From a virus: a DNA stretch of 64,000 nucleotides. Each line of letters opens with the position of its first letter. Position 1 is the stretch's first letter. The translations under genes and the position numbers were made by a program. A model generated the notes under the pieces. That model was not told the origin of the DNA and did no database searches. It was given only the letters and a program-made list of their open reading frames with translations. Location: IMG/VR virus record IMGVR_UViG_3300032046_003126, positions 23,182 through 87,181 of that record. One strand, written 5' to 3'. Shown one piece after another: positions 1 through 9,543 of the stretch.

Positions 1-1059
1 TTAGCTGGAAGTAAAGCGGCAAAGTTTTTTACTTTTGAACCAATTCCTAGATTTAAAAAACGACCTGGAGATTTTGTCTTGCAAGGCAAAAATAATTCTT
101 TAATTATTTTAGGAACTGACAGAATAAATTCCATAACCTCTTCTTTGGGTGTAACTCAAGCAGGATGTATTGATATGGTCGCAGGACGTTCCAGAGTATT
201 ACCAGAGGGCGACGGGCCAAGTCAAAGTGTAACTTCACCAAATGGAACTTCTCCGTGGATTACACGCAATTCTAGAGGCCATCGCGAAGTTAATAAGTCT
301 CCATATGTTTATGAAGGAGACCAAGATGCACAAAACGAGGGCAATCCTGATTTAATTAATGATGCAGCAAGACTTCTTGTTACAATGCAATCTAATGCAG
401 ATATTAATTTTGGAATAGTAAATAATCCAAATGTAACATACGCAACAGATACATTGCCAATTATACAACCAAATCCAACTTTATCAGGTACGTTTGGAAA
501 GTCTTATGTAATTGGAAAAGCAGACAATATAAGATTTATAGCAAGAAACAATACTGATTTAAATATTTCTGGTTCTTTATTGTTAATGAGAGAAGGAACT
601 ACTGAGGATGACATTGGATATTTCTTTATTAATAACGAAGCAAATATTCAAATAATGGCTCCAAAAATTTATTTTGGTAAAGCAACAGGACAATCAACCA
701 ATAACGAACCTCCCGAACCTTATATTAAATGGACTGAATTTAAAAAAACCGTTGATCACTTGCAAAAAGAAATTGAAGATGTAAGAGCTGCTTTGCAATC
801 ACAATTAAATGCTATAAATCAAAATTTTACAATACTAGCGAATACATTAAATGGTGCATTTATGGCATCCGTGGCCGTACCTTTTACTCCAATTTCTAGT
901 TTAACAGCAGCAGCTTCAGCGGTGACACCCACAGCTACATCCATAAGTACTGCGGTTACAACAGGTGATTCGCAAGCCCAACAAGCAGTTAGTAACGGTA
1001 AATCAAATACAGATACTTCTGTAGAAGAATCTAAGTCTGAAAGGATATTCGGAGAATGA
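1..1059 (+). CDS. Baseplate spike/hub-like structural protein (5' partial)
   Basis: Frame 1 is open from base 1 (LAGSKAAKFFTFEPIPRFKKRPGDFVLQGKNNSLIILG), so the gene starts before the window; lies just upstream of gp25-like and gp6-like genes, where spike/hub genes usually sit. Confidence 0.5.
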   Translation, partial: LAGSKAAKFFTFEPIPRFKKRPGDFVLQGKNNSLIILGTDRINSITSSLGVTQAGCIDMVAGRSRVLPEGDGPSQSVTSPNGTSPWITRNSRGHREVNKSPYVYEGDQDAQNEGNPDLINDAARLLVTMQSNADINFGIVNNPNVTYATDTLPIIQPNPTLSGTFGKSYVIGKADNIRFIARNNTDLNISGSLLLMREGTTEDDIGYFFINNEANIQIMAPKIYFGKATGQSTNNEPPEPYIKWTEFKKTVDHLQKEIEDVRAALQSQLNAINQNFTILANTLNGAFMASVAVPFTPISSLTAAASAVTPTATSISTAVTTGDSQAQQAVSNGKSNTDTSVEESKSERIFGE

Positions 1060-1283
1060 GTGATATTTTAACAAATGAATTACGCGACGCATTAATTAAA
1101 GTTGCTAAAGACACTAATGATAGAGCTGAATTATTATTGAAGGCAAAAACACCCGCAAAGGCATTAGCAGAAGCATTAATAAAATTCCAATCAGAACAAA
1201 CCGCTTCAGCCATTGCTTCCTATGTAGGAAAAAAGATTTTAAATTCAATGCAAACAAATTCTCTTCAAATTAAAAAAGTTTAA
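1056..1283 (+). CDS. Hypothetical small protein in baseplate operon
   Basis: ATGA overlap with the upstream stop; helical 75-aa ORF. Confidence 0.5.
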   Translation: MSDILTNELRDALIKVAKDTNDRAELLLKAKTPAKALAEALIKFQSEQTASAIASYVGKKILNSMQTNSLQIKKV

Positions 1284-1295
1284 TATTTAAAAAAT

Positions 1296-1769
1296 ATGTC
1301 AAAGTTAAGTTTTAAAAATGTAGGGATTAAGAAATTCTCAGTAGAAGATACTAGTTTACCTGTCAGACTTACAAAACCAATAGGAATTAAAACTCCTTTA
1401 GAATTAGATTATGACGGGCAGGGTCTCTTGGTTATGCATACAAATATTGCGGATCAGATTGATGATAACTTTAGAAATTTAATTTTAACAAATTGGGGAG
1501 AAAGAATAGGAAAGTATAATTTTGGAGCAAATTTAAGACCAATACTTTGTGATTTTTCTCACAAAGAAAATTTTGACAACGAGGCAATGATTAGAATTAA
1601 CACAGCATTAACAAAATGGATGCCATTTATCAGTCCCGATAACTATGTATCTACTATATTACACTCTGAGAAAACCACAACAGCTAGAGTGAACCTGCTA
1701 ATTGAATATAGTATACCTTCTTTACAAATTACCAATAGAAATATAGAAGTAACATTATTTACTATATAA
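1296..1769 (+). CDS. Baseplate wedge protein, GPW/gp25 family
   Basis: QIDDNFRNLILTNWGERIGKYNFGANL...ALTKWMPFI fits the gp25 pattern (N..LLT..GER...P.FG..L; ...W.P.I). Confidence 0.85.
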   Translation: MSKLSFKNVGIKKFSVEDTSLPVRLTKPIGIKTPLELDYDGQGLLVMHTNIADQIDDNFRNLILTNWGERIGKYNFGANLRPILCDFSHKENFDNEAMIRINTALTKWMPFISPDNYVSTILHSEKTTTARVNLLIEYSIPSLQITNRNIEVTLFTI

Positions 1770-1779
1770 GGAATAAATT

Positions 1780-3624
1780 ATGTCATTCGATTCAAAAAAA
1801 GATTTAATAAAATCTATTAAACAAAGAAAATTCTTAAATAAAGATTTTGAAGGATTTAAAAATGATCTTTTTGAATATGCAAGAATTCATTTTCCAGATA
1901 GAATTCAAGATTTCTCTGATGCTTCAATGGGTGGATTATTATTAGAATTAGCCGCATATGTTGGAGACGTTCAATCTTTCTACCTAGATCATCAATTTCA
2001 TGAATTGGACCCAACATCAGCCACAGAAATTAAAAACATTGAAAGGCATCTGAAAAATTCTGATATAGAAATTACTGGAATGTCACCTGCTGTAGTTGAT
2101 TTAGAATTATCTATTCAAGTACCTGCGGATTACTCTGTATCACCACCTATTCCTTTACATGAGTGTCTCCCAATTGTTCAGGCAGGCAGTGTATTTAAAT
2201 CAAATAGTGGTATAGGATTTGAATTATTAGAAAATTTAGATTTCTCGGAATTTGATAGTAATAATAACTACATTGCTTCTGTTAGAATTGGTTCAAAAGA
2301 TCCCAATAACTTGCCAACTTCTTTTATTTTGGCCAGACAAGGCACCGCTATATCGGGAAAAAGAGAAACAGAAAGTTTTAATGTTGAATCTTTTGAAAAG
2401 TTTAAAAAGTTCACACTATCAAGACCTGATTTAACGCAGATTATATCAGTAATTGATTCTAGTGGGAATGAATATTATGAAGTAAAATATCTCACACAAG
2501 ACACAGTTTACAAACCAATATTAAATTTTGGCAAAGATAATGTTCTTGTTAGAGATAATTTAATTGTAATGTCTGCTCCTTATAGATTCATAAAACAAAT
2601 GAGTATAAATACCAAATTAACAACTTTAACTTTTGGTGGCGGAAACGCAAAAGCTTTAAATGATGATATTATACCAGATCCATCCGAATATGCGCTTCCT
2701 TTATATGGTAAAAAAACCTTTTCAAGATTTTCAATAAATCCAGGTAATTTATTGGATTCTCAAACTCTTGGAGTAATTACACCAAATTCTACAATAACTG
2801 TACAATTTAGATATGGTGGTGGATTACAGCACAATGTATCCGAAAATACAATTAGAGGATTAGATTCTGTTGGAATGTCATTTCCAAATTCTCCTAGTGC
2901 TGCAAATTCACAATACGTTAGAAGATCATTAAATGTGACAAATCCTCAAAAAGCTCAAGGGGGAGAAGATGCTTTGAGTATAAACGAAATGAAGGCATTA
3001 ATACCAGCTTCTAAGGCTTCTCAAAGCAGAATAGTTACAAAAGAAGACCTTATTGCCAGAGTTTATACAATGCCAGCAAATTTTGGAAGAGTTTATAGGG
3101 CTAGTGTTCGCTCTAATTCAAACAATCCTTTAGCTACACAACTATACATAGTATCAAGAAACGCAAACAAACAACTTGTTATTTCACCAGATACTTTAAA
3201 ACAAAACATGGAAGTTTATTTAAATAATTATAGAATGATATCTGATGCAATCGATATATTAGATGCACAAATAATAAATATTAAAGTGGAATTTTCAATA
3301 GTACCACACCCAGATTATAACGCAAATTTAGTAATACAAAATATTTTATCTAGGTTAAAGAGTTTTTTTCAAACAAAAAATTTCAACATAGACCAGCCAT
3401 TAATAATATCTGATTTACACAATCTTATATATAATAATTTGGGAGTAATTTCAGTCAATTCAGTTAAAATAAAAAATATTTCAAATAATATCGGCCAAAG
3501 AAATTATAGTGATATACAGTTTGACGTGGAATCAAATATTACTAAAGGAATATTGGTTGGCCCCCCAGGTTCAATATTTGAATTACGATATCCTGATTTC
3601 GACATTGAAGGCGGGGTTATATAA
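1780..3624 (+). CDS. Baseplate wedge subunit, T4 gp6/baseplate J-like
   Basis: FLNKDFEGFK, DFSDASMGGLLLELAAYVGDVQSFYLD, LTFGGG, YRYGGG-like, NPQKAQGGEDALS, QSRIVTKED motifs. Confidence 0.85.
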   Translation: MSFDSKKDLIKSIKQRKFLNKDFEGFKNDLFEYARIHFPDRIQDFSDASMGGLLLELAAYVGDVQSFYLDHQFHELDPTSATEIKNIERHLKNSDIEITGMSPAVVDLELSIQVPADYSVSPPIPLHECLPIVQAGSVFKSNSGIGFELLENLDFSEFDSNNNYIASVRIGSKDPNNLPTSFILARQGTAISGKRETESFNVESFEKFKKFTLSRPDLTQIISVIDSSGNEYYEVKYLTQDTVYKPILNFGKDNVLVRDNLIVMSAPYRFIKQMSINTKLTTLTFGGGNAKALNDDIIPDPSEYALPLYGKKTFSRFSINPGNLLDSQTLGVITPNSTITVQFRYGGGLQHNVSENTIRGLDSVGMSFPNSPSAANSQYVRRSLNVTNPQKAQGGEDALSINEMKALIPASKASQSRIVTKEDLIARVYTMPANFGRVYRASVRSNSNNPLATQLYIVSRNANKQLVISPDTLKQNMEVYLNNYRMISDAIDILDAQIINIKVEFSIVPHPDYNANLVIQNILSRLKSFFQTKNFNIDQPLIISDLHNLIYNNLGVISVNSVKIKNISNNIGQRNYSDIQFDVESNITKGILVGPPGSIFELRYPDFDIEGGVI

Positions 3625-3631
3625 ATAAATT

Positions 3632-5215
3632 ATGTATAGAATATTAAAATGTTTAAAAGATACGTATATAACAAATAAAGTTATTAAAAACAGCAGAAGC
3701 TTAGATTCAAATGTTGGTTCCGCTGGAACTTTAGATTTATTTAAACTTTATAATGAAAGTAATTTTTTATCTGGAACTTCTGATTTAACAGAATTAAGTA
3801 GAATTTTAATAAAGTTTGATTTAGAGCCTTTGCATCAATTGACTTCTTCAATTTTTAATCCAAGTGGTTCTAATTTTAAAACTTATATTAATTTAAAAAA
3901 TATTTATGGAGGACAAACAACTCCAACTCACTTTAATTTAAAAGTTTATCCACTGGCCAAAGACTTCAATGAGGGAACTGGTCTAGATGTCGTAGCATAC
4001 AGAGATCTCGACGCTGCAAATTGGATAACCGCGTCACATACTAGCGGAATAATTGTTCCATGGATAAGCGGAGGAGCATCTTGTTCAGGCTCTATAGGTT
4101 CAAATGTAGACTATTACACATCAGGTAATATAGGACTTGGTTCACAAAGCTTAGGGGTTACTAGTTTTTTTGAATCTGGCGATGAAGACTTGTTTATAGA
4201 CGTAACAAGTTTAGTATCAGCTTCGATATTTTCAAATATAACAAATAATGGATTTAGAATTTCATTCGCCGAATCAGAAGAAAATGATGAATATACTAGA
4301 TTTGTTAAAAGATTTGGTTCCAGGCATACAAATAATAAAAATCTGCATCCAAAATTGATAGTAAAATGGGATGGTGACACAATATCTGACGACTCTAGTT
4401 TGGCACTATTCGATCAACCAAACAAATTTTATATTTATAATACTCCGCGTTCAATTTTAACTAATTTTAATTCTTCTTCACAAGAAGTTACAGGAGCAAA
4501 TTCATTAGTTTTTGAACTTTTCGCAAGCAAATCTATTTCAATTTTAACTACATCTTATAGTCCAACTCATTTACAAAACATAACATATAAAACATCAATT
4601 TTAAGTCATTATAGCGCATCTTTCTCGGGTAGTCAACTGTCTTTCGGTAGTTTAAAACAAAACGGAATTTATTATACCGATGTAGAACTGTTAACAACAA
4701 ACCCAACGTTGTTAGATTTTATAGACGATGTAGGATATTCAGTAACTTTTCAAACCGTATGGAAGTCTTTAGATAATTCTATAGTATATTCATCTGGTTC
4801 AAATATCAAGTTCAATAAATACTCTGTATCAGATTCTTCGTTTGATTTAAAAAATTATGTTGTTAACATAATAAATTTAAAAGAATATTATAATACAAAA
4901 GAACATTCAAAATTACGTGTTTTTATTCAAGATTATAATTTTGAAGTTTTTGCATTAAAATTGCCGCGACCTTCAAAATCAAGAATATTTGAAAATATGT
5001 TTTGGAGATTAATAGATCCTTACACTAAAGATATAATAATTCCTTTCGATGACATTGGAACAAAAATGTCATCTGATGGCGAGGGAATGTATTTTGATTT
5101 TTGGTTCGAGGATTTAGATATAAATAAAGTTTATGAATTTGAATTTAAAATAATCGAAGATGATAATGTACATTTTGTGTCAAATGAAGGATTTATATTT
5201 AAGGCAACAAAATGA
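3632..5215 (+). CDS. Virion structural protein (baseplate-associated)
   Basis: KDTYITN, SRILIKFD, DLFIDVT, NNGF, PKLIVKWD motifs typical of huge-phage baseplate proteins; operon context. Confidence 0.6.
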   Translation: MYRILKCLKDTYITNKVIKNSRSLDSNVGSAGTLDLFKLYNESNFLSGTSDLTELSRILIKFDLEPLHQLTSSIFNPSGSNFKTYINLKNIYGGQTTPTHFNLKVYPLAKDFNEGTGLDVVAYRDLDAANWITASHTSGIIVPWISGGASCSGSIGSNVDYYTSGNIGLGSQSLGVTSFFESGDEDLFIDVTSLVSASIFSNITNNGFRISFAESEENDEYTRFVKRFGSRHTNNKNLHPKLIVKWDGDTISDDSSLALFDQPNKFYIYNTPRSILTNFNSSSQEVTGANSLVFELFASKSISILTTSYSPTHLQNITYKTSILSHYSASFSGSQLSFGSLKQNGIYYTDVELLTTNPTLLDFIDDVGYSVTFQTVWKSLDNSIVYSSGSNIKFNKYSVSDSSFDLKNYVVNIINLKEYYNTKEHSKLRVFIQDYNFEVFALKLPRPSKSRIFENMFWRLIDPYTKDIIIPFDDIGTKMSSDGEGMYFDFWFEDLDINKVYEFEFKIIEDDNVHFVSNEGFIFKATK

Positions 5216-8200
5216 GCAATGACGTAACAGATAATCTAAGAAACAATGTTCCTGCATTGTTTTCCCCAATGGTAATAAGAAATGCATTATCACCAGATAA
5301 AGGTTCTATTATTTTAACAACAAATAATTTAAATGATTATTCTAATACCGAATTAGGAAATTCTTCATCTTACAAATATGATTTATTTGGAACAGGATTA
5401 AAATCAACACAACAATTAAAAATTGATTGGAGTAAATTTGAGGAACATACCTTTTTTAACTCCGCTCAAGTAAAAACAAATATTTCATTTGATAAGATTT
5501 TCAATCAATTTCCTTTTGATGGGACAAAAAAAGAGCATGAAGCATTTCTTGATAGTTTGACTGGGTTTGAAAAATATGTTTTTGATAATTTTCCAAAACA
5601 CAAAGGTTATGCTTTCTTTTCTGGTTCTGCTGTAAATGAATCAAATGGAGGAACCTGGATTACTGTAAAAGACATTGAGGGAGTTCAATATCCAGAGCTA
5701 TCTAGAGAAATCTCAGGTAAATCAATTTTAAATGTTGGTCTTGATTCAATGACGATTGAAATGTATTTGTTTTTGCCTCCTGAACAAAATTTTGGGCAAA
5801 CGATATTGACAAAACTAAGCCAGTCAAGTGTTGGTTATGAAGGATTTAATTTAGTTGCCAGCTCTACATTAAACTCGTCTACTGCTTCTTTGTGGTTTAA
5901 TGTATCAAGTGGTTCCAAAACAAAATCAATCAATTTTGATTTTCCAAAAGGAAATTTTCATCATTTGTCTTTAATTTGGGACAGAAATCCTGTTGTAAAT
6001 AAAGTTTTTACTTATGTTGATCAAAATTTAATAGCAAGTTCTTCTGGTTTTGAATTCAAGTCAACATATTGGGATGGAATAGATTTTGTTATAGGCTCTG
6101 GTTCGTCTTTTAATACAAATGAATATTCACATACTGAACAAACTACATTGTCTGGTGCTATTGATGAATTGAGAATTTGGCATTCTATTCGTTCTGATGC
6201 TCAAAGACTCGAATATCAAAATAAAGTGGTATATACTTCTGATGATTTAAAACTTTATTTTAAGTTTAATGAGCCGCCAAATTGTGAATCTCTTGTAACA
6301 ATTGACAGTAGTGGAAAATCTCTACATGGAAAACTTAATATTTTAGGTAATTCATTAGGAGTTAGGGAGTTTCCAACTTCTTCAATTGCTGGTAGTTCTC
6401 CAATGGCATATGAAAAAGAAGAAACTTGCCCTGTTTTGTTTGGACAAATTGCCGAAGTAGAAACATTTAGAACAAATCTATTAATAAGCGCATCTAATTT
6501 TGATGAGCAAAACCCAGATTTAATTACAAAATTAATACCAAAGCATTATTTTCTAGAAGGTCAAGTACAAGATGCTTTAGAGTCTGAGGACGGTAGTATT
6601 TTAACCGAACTTGATTCGACAACCGAACCAAGAACAACAAAACTTGGTAATACACAAATTCTAATGTCACTTCTTTATGTGTGGGCCAAATATTTTGATG
6701 AATTAAAATTATTTATAGAAGCGTTCGGTAATTTAAACTATGTAGATTATGACGAAAAAAACACAATACCTGATGAGTTTTTACAATTTTTAGCAAATCA
6801 ATATGGGATAAATTTGCCCTCTCTGTTCTCAGGAGCCTCGATTGAACAATTTATAGAAAAAGAAAATATTCAAGATTCAATTTCAACAAATCAATTAAGT
6901 TTGCAAAATATACAAAATCAAATTTGGAGAAGAATTTTAACAAATTTGCAGGATATTTTAAAATCAAAAGGCACTTTGTATTCAATAAAATCTTTCATAA
7001 GAACACTTGGAATTGAACCAGATAATAATTTTAGAATTAGAGAATATGGTGGTCCAACAAAATCTAAGTTAAATTGGGTTAGAGAAAACAAATCCGAAAT
7101 AAGTACAATGATCAACTTCTTTTCAGGAGGTTTAGTAACCTCGCCTTACTTGGTCGCTCCAAGAGTAGAACCTGGATATCCTGAGCCAGAGGGTACTGTA
7201 AATGATACACTTTTAACATCTGGTTCTTTCACTATAGAAACTTGGGTGCAATTTCCTAAAAATAGAGCTTATCATGCTTCACAAAGTTTAATAAAAACAT
7301 TCATCACTGGGAATCCAGCAAGTTTACCAAATCAAACTGAAACTCTTGTGTCAAACATAGTTGCTGTACAAAATGGAAATATTTCCTTTTATTTTTCTCC
7401 TAATAATTCTTTTAATGTTCTTTCAATGAGCGGCATTGATTTGTTTGATGGTGATAAGTGGTATATGTCCTATGGTCGCCAAAGAAATGATGATAATTTA
7501 AATTCATCTGTTTCTTCATCGTATTTTTTACGAATAGGAAAGCCCATAAATGATAATAATTTTATTTTATATAAAACAAGTTCTTTTATTTTAGATACTG
7601 GAAATCAATTTTCATCTTTTCAAACACAGAATGATTCTGGTTCTTATATAGTTGTTGGTTCAAAAAGTATAGATTACAATGTTTCTTATACTAGTGTAAA
7701 TTATTTAAACAATCAATCTTTAAGTTCTACTTGCAGGGCTTCTGAATTTGAGGGAAGATTTGGTCATCTTAGATTTTGGTCAAAATATTTAGATGAATCT
7801 GAAAGCGTTGAACACATTAAGAATTTTAAATCTCTTGGAGTTCGAGACCCAAGAAATAACTTTAATTTTGTTAATTCTATGTCTGGTTCTTGGCAAAGAT
7901 TGCGCGCAGATATTTCAACAGATCAAATTGTTACTCAATCTAATATAACAGGTAATATTTTATTAACAGATTTTTCTCAAAACAATTTTGTTTTCTCGGG
8001 TTCTAATTTTTCTATAACAAGTTCTATAGTAGAACCAGAAAAATTCTTTTACTCATTGATTTCTCCAAAATTCGATGAATCCAGCACAACAAATAAAGTA
8101 AGGGCAAGAAGCTTCCAGGATTTCGATTTGGTCAATTCTAGTTCATATGCTGCCCAAGCACCTCTTTATGAATTAAGCCCCAGCGAACGCCCCACAGATA

Positions 8201-8625
8201 GCACTAAATTAACAATAGACTTCTCTGTGGTAGATGCCCTTGATCAAGATATAGTTAATATGTTTTCTACTTTAGATATTTTAGATAATATTATAGGAAA
8301 TCCTGAATTGTTATTTTCTTCTGATTATCCACAATTAGAAGTGTTACGGGATGTTTATTTTAATCGTTTAAGTGATAAAATAAATCTTAAATTGTTTTTT
8401 GAATTTTATAAATGGTTTGACACAAACATTGGTTATTTTATTTATCAATTAATTCCAAGAAAAACAAAATTTTTAGGTGTCAATTATGTTATTGAATCTC
8501 ACATGCTTGAAAGACCAAAAATGGAATATAATTTATCTGATATTTATTTAGGTGACAATAACAGACATGGATTAAAAGGTAATATAAAATTACAACTTAT
8601 CAATGGAAACTTCACAAGATATTAA
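5212..8625 (+). CDS. Large baseplate wedge/tail protein with LamG-like (concanavalin A-like) domains
   Basis: SGAIDELRIW, LKLYFKFNE, FTIETWV, GHLRFW LamG motifs; IPDEFLQFLANQYG and ILKSKGTLYSIKSFIRTLGI resemble the tail protein I/gp7 wedge module. Confidence 0.7.
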   Translation: MSNDVTDNLRNNVPALFSPMVIRNALSPDKGSIILTTNNLNDYSNTELGNSSSYKYDLFGTGLKSTQQLKIDWSKFEEHTFFNSAQVKTNISFDKIFNQFPFDGTKKEHEAFLDSLTGFEKYVFDNFPKHKGYAFFSGSAVNESNGGTWITVKDIEGVQYPELSREISGKSILNVGLDSMTIEMYLFLPPEQNFGQTILTKLSQSSVGYEGFNLVASSTLNSSTASLWFNVSSGSKTKSINFDFPKGNFHHLSLIWDRNPVVNKVFTYVDQNLIASSSGFEFKSTYWDGIDFVIGSGSSFNTNEYSHTEQTTLSGAIDELRIWHSIRSDAQRLEYQNKVVYTSDDLKLYFKFNEPPNCESLVTIDSSGKSLHGKLNILGNSLGVREFPTSSIAGSSPMAYEKEETCPVLFGQIAEVETFRTNLLISASNFDEQNPDLITKLIPKHYFLEGQVQDALESEDGSILTELDSTTEPRTTKLGNTQILMSLLYVWAKYFDELKLFIEAFGNLNYVDYDEKNTIPDEFLQFLANQYGINLPSLFSGASIEQFIEKENIQDSISTNQLSLQNIQNQIWRRILTNLQDILKSKGTLYSIKSFIRTLGIEPDNNFRIREYGGPTKSKLNWVRENKSEISTMINFFSGGLVTSPYLVAPRVEPGYPEPEGTVNDTLLTSGSFTIETWVQFPKNRAYHASQSLIKTFITGNPASLPNQTETLVSNIVAVQNGNISFYFSPNNSFNVLSMSGIDLFDGDKWYMSYGRQRNDDNLNSSVSSSYFLRIGKPINDNNFILYKTSSFILDTGNQFSSFQTQNDSGSYIVVGSKSIDYNVSYTSVNYLNNQSLSSTCRASEFEGRFGHLRFWSKYLDESESVEHIKNFKSLGVRDPRNNFNFVNSMSGSWQRLRADISTDQIVTQSNITGNILLTDFSQNNFVFSGSNFSITSSIVEPEKFFYSLISPKFDESSTTNKVRARSFQDFDLVNSSSYAAQAPLYELSPSERPTDSTKLTIDFSVVDALDQDIVNMFSTLDILDNIIGNPELLFSSDYPQLEVLRDVYFNRLSDKINLKLFFEFYKWFDTNIGYFIYQLIPRKTKFLGVNYVIESHMLERPKMEYNLSDIYLGDNNRHGLKGNIKLQLINGNFTRY

Positions 8626-8682
8626 TTTTATAAAAAATTAATGTAAAAATTTATATTGTTTGTATTTACTATAAGGTACATT

Positions 8683-9543
8683 ATGGGAATTTCTACAGAA
8701 TACGGTATCATAGGAACAGAATTTACGCCATTTAATGATTTATTGCCAAATAATTACATTCCTGCCCCATTTGATGCAGGTGGTATAAATACAAGAGAAG
8801 TAGATGCCTATCGTCAAGGCGTAGAAATAATAACTGCAAGACATAGATTTGCTGGTATGCAGCCAAAAATTTGGGCAGGAAATATTAAACATTATGTAAA
8901 TGTTAATGTACTTGGTCAAGCAAGAAGTTTTACAGAATTTGAAAACGATCCAGCATTTAAAGATTTACCAATTTTTGATCCTGTTTCTTTTATAGAATTA
9001 GGAATTGATTATCCGTTTCCAATAGTATTCAATAAAGGCCCACAACAAGAAGAAGAAGCTATTATAGAACCAATTACAATACCGTTTAGAAAAAATTCAA
9101 ATGAAGGAAAAAACATAGCACACAGAGTTCATGGTTCATTGGAAGATGGTAATAATTTTCAAGATTTTAATAGAAGCGCAAACAGAATACAACAATTTAT
9201 ATCATACAAAGAATTAGAATTTAGATTTTTTCTAGATGATGGCGGGAGTTATTTTGGTACCGGCCCAATAACAGATGGAATTATTATTCCGCAATATGTT
9301 TCTACTCACGAAGGAGAACCAGAATTTTTTGATGAAACTTCTGTTGATGATTTAGTAGAGTCTATAAATACTAATGATGTTTATTTTACAAACATTTTAA
9401 AACAAATGGATTATAATATAGACGAAGACCTGAGACCAAATCAGAGCAAATCTGCAAATGCTGGTTTTTTTGTTTATGGAGGAAATTCTGCACAATATGG
9501 CACAGATTCTATAGCATATGTTGGTAGATTTAGAGGAGTTTAA
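8683..9543 (+). CDS. Hypothetical structural protein
   Basis: Long ORF in structural operon; ATG at 8683 preceded by AAGG is preferred over the TTG at 8656. Confidence 0.5.
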   Translation: MGISTEYGIIGTEFTPFNDLLPNNYIPAPFDAGGINTREVDAYRQGVEIITARHRFAGMQPKIWAGNIKHYVNVNVLGQARSFTEFENDPAFKDLPIFDPVSFIELGIDYPFPIVFNKGPQQEEEAIIEPITIPFRKNSNEGKNIAHRVHGSLEDGNNFQDFNRSANRIQQFISYKELEFRFFLDDGGSYFGTGPITDGIIIPQYVSTHEGEPEFFDETSVDDLVESINTNDVYFTNILKQMDYNIDEDLRPNQSKSANAGFFVYGGNSAQYGTDSIAYVGRFRGV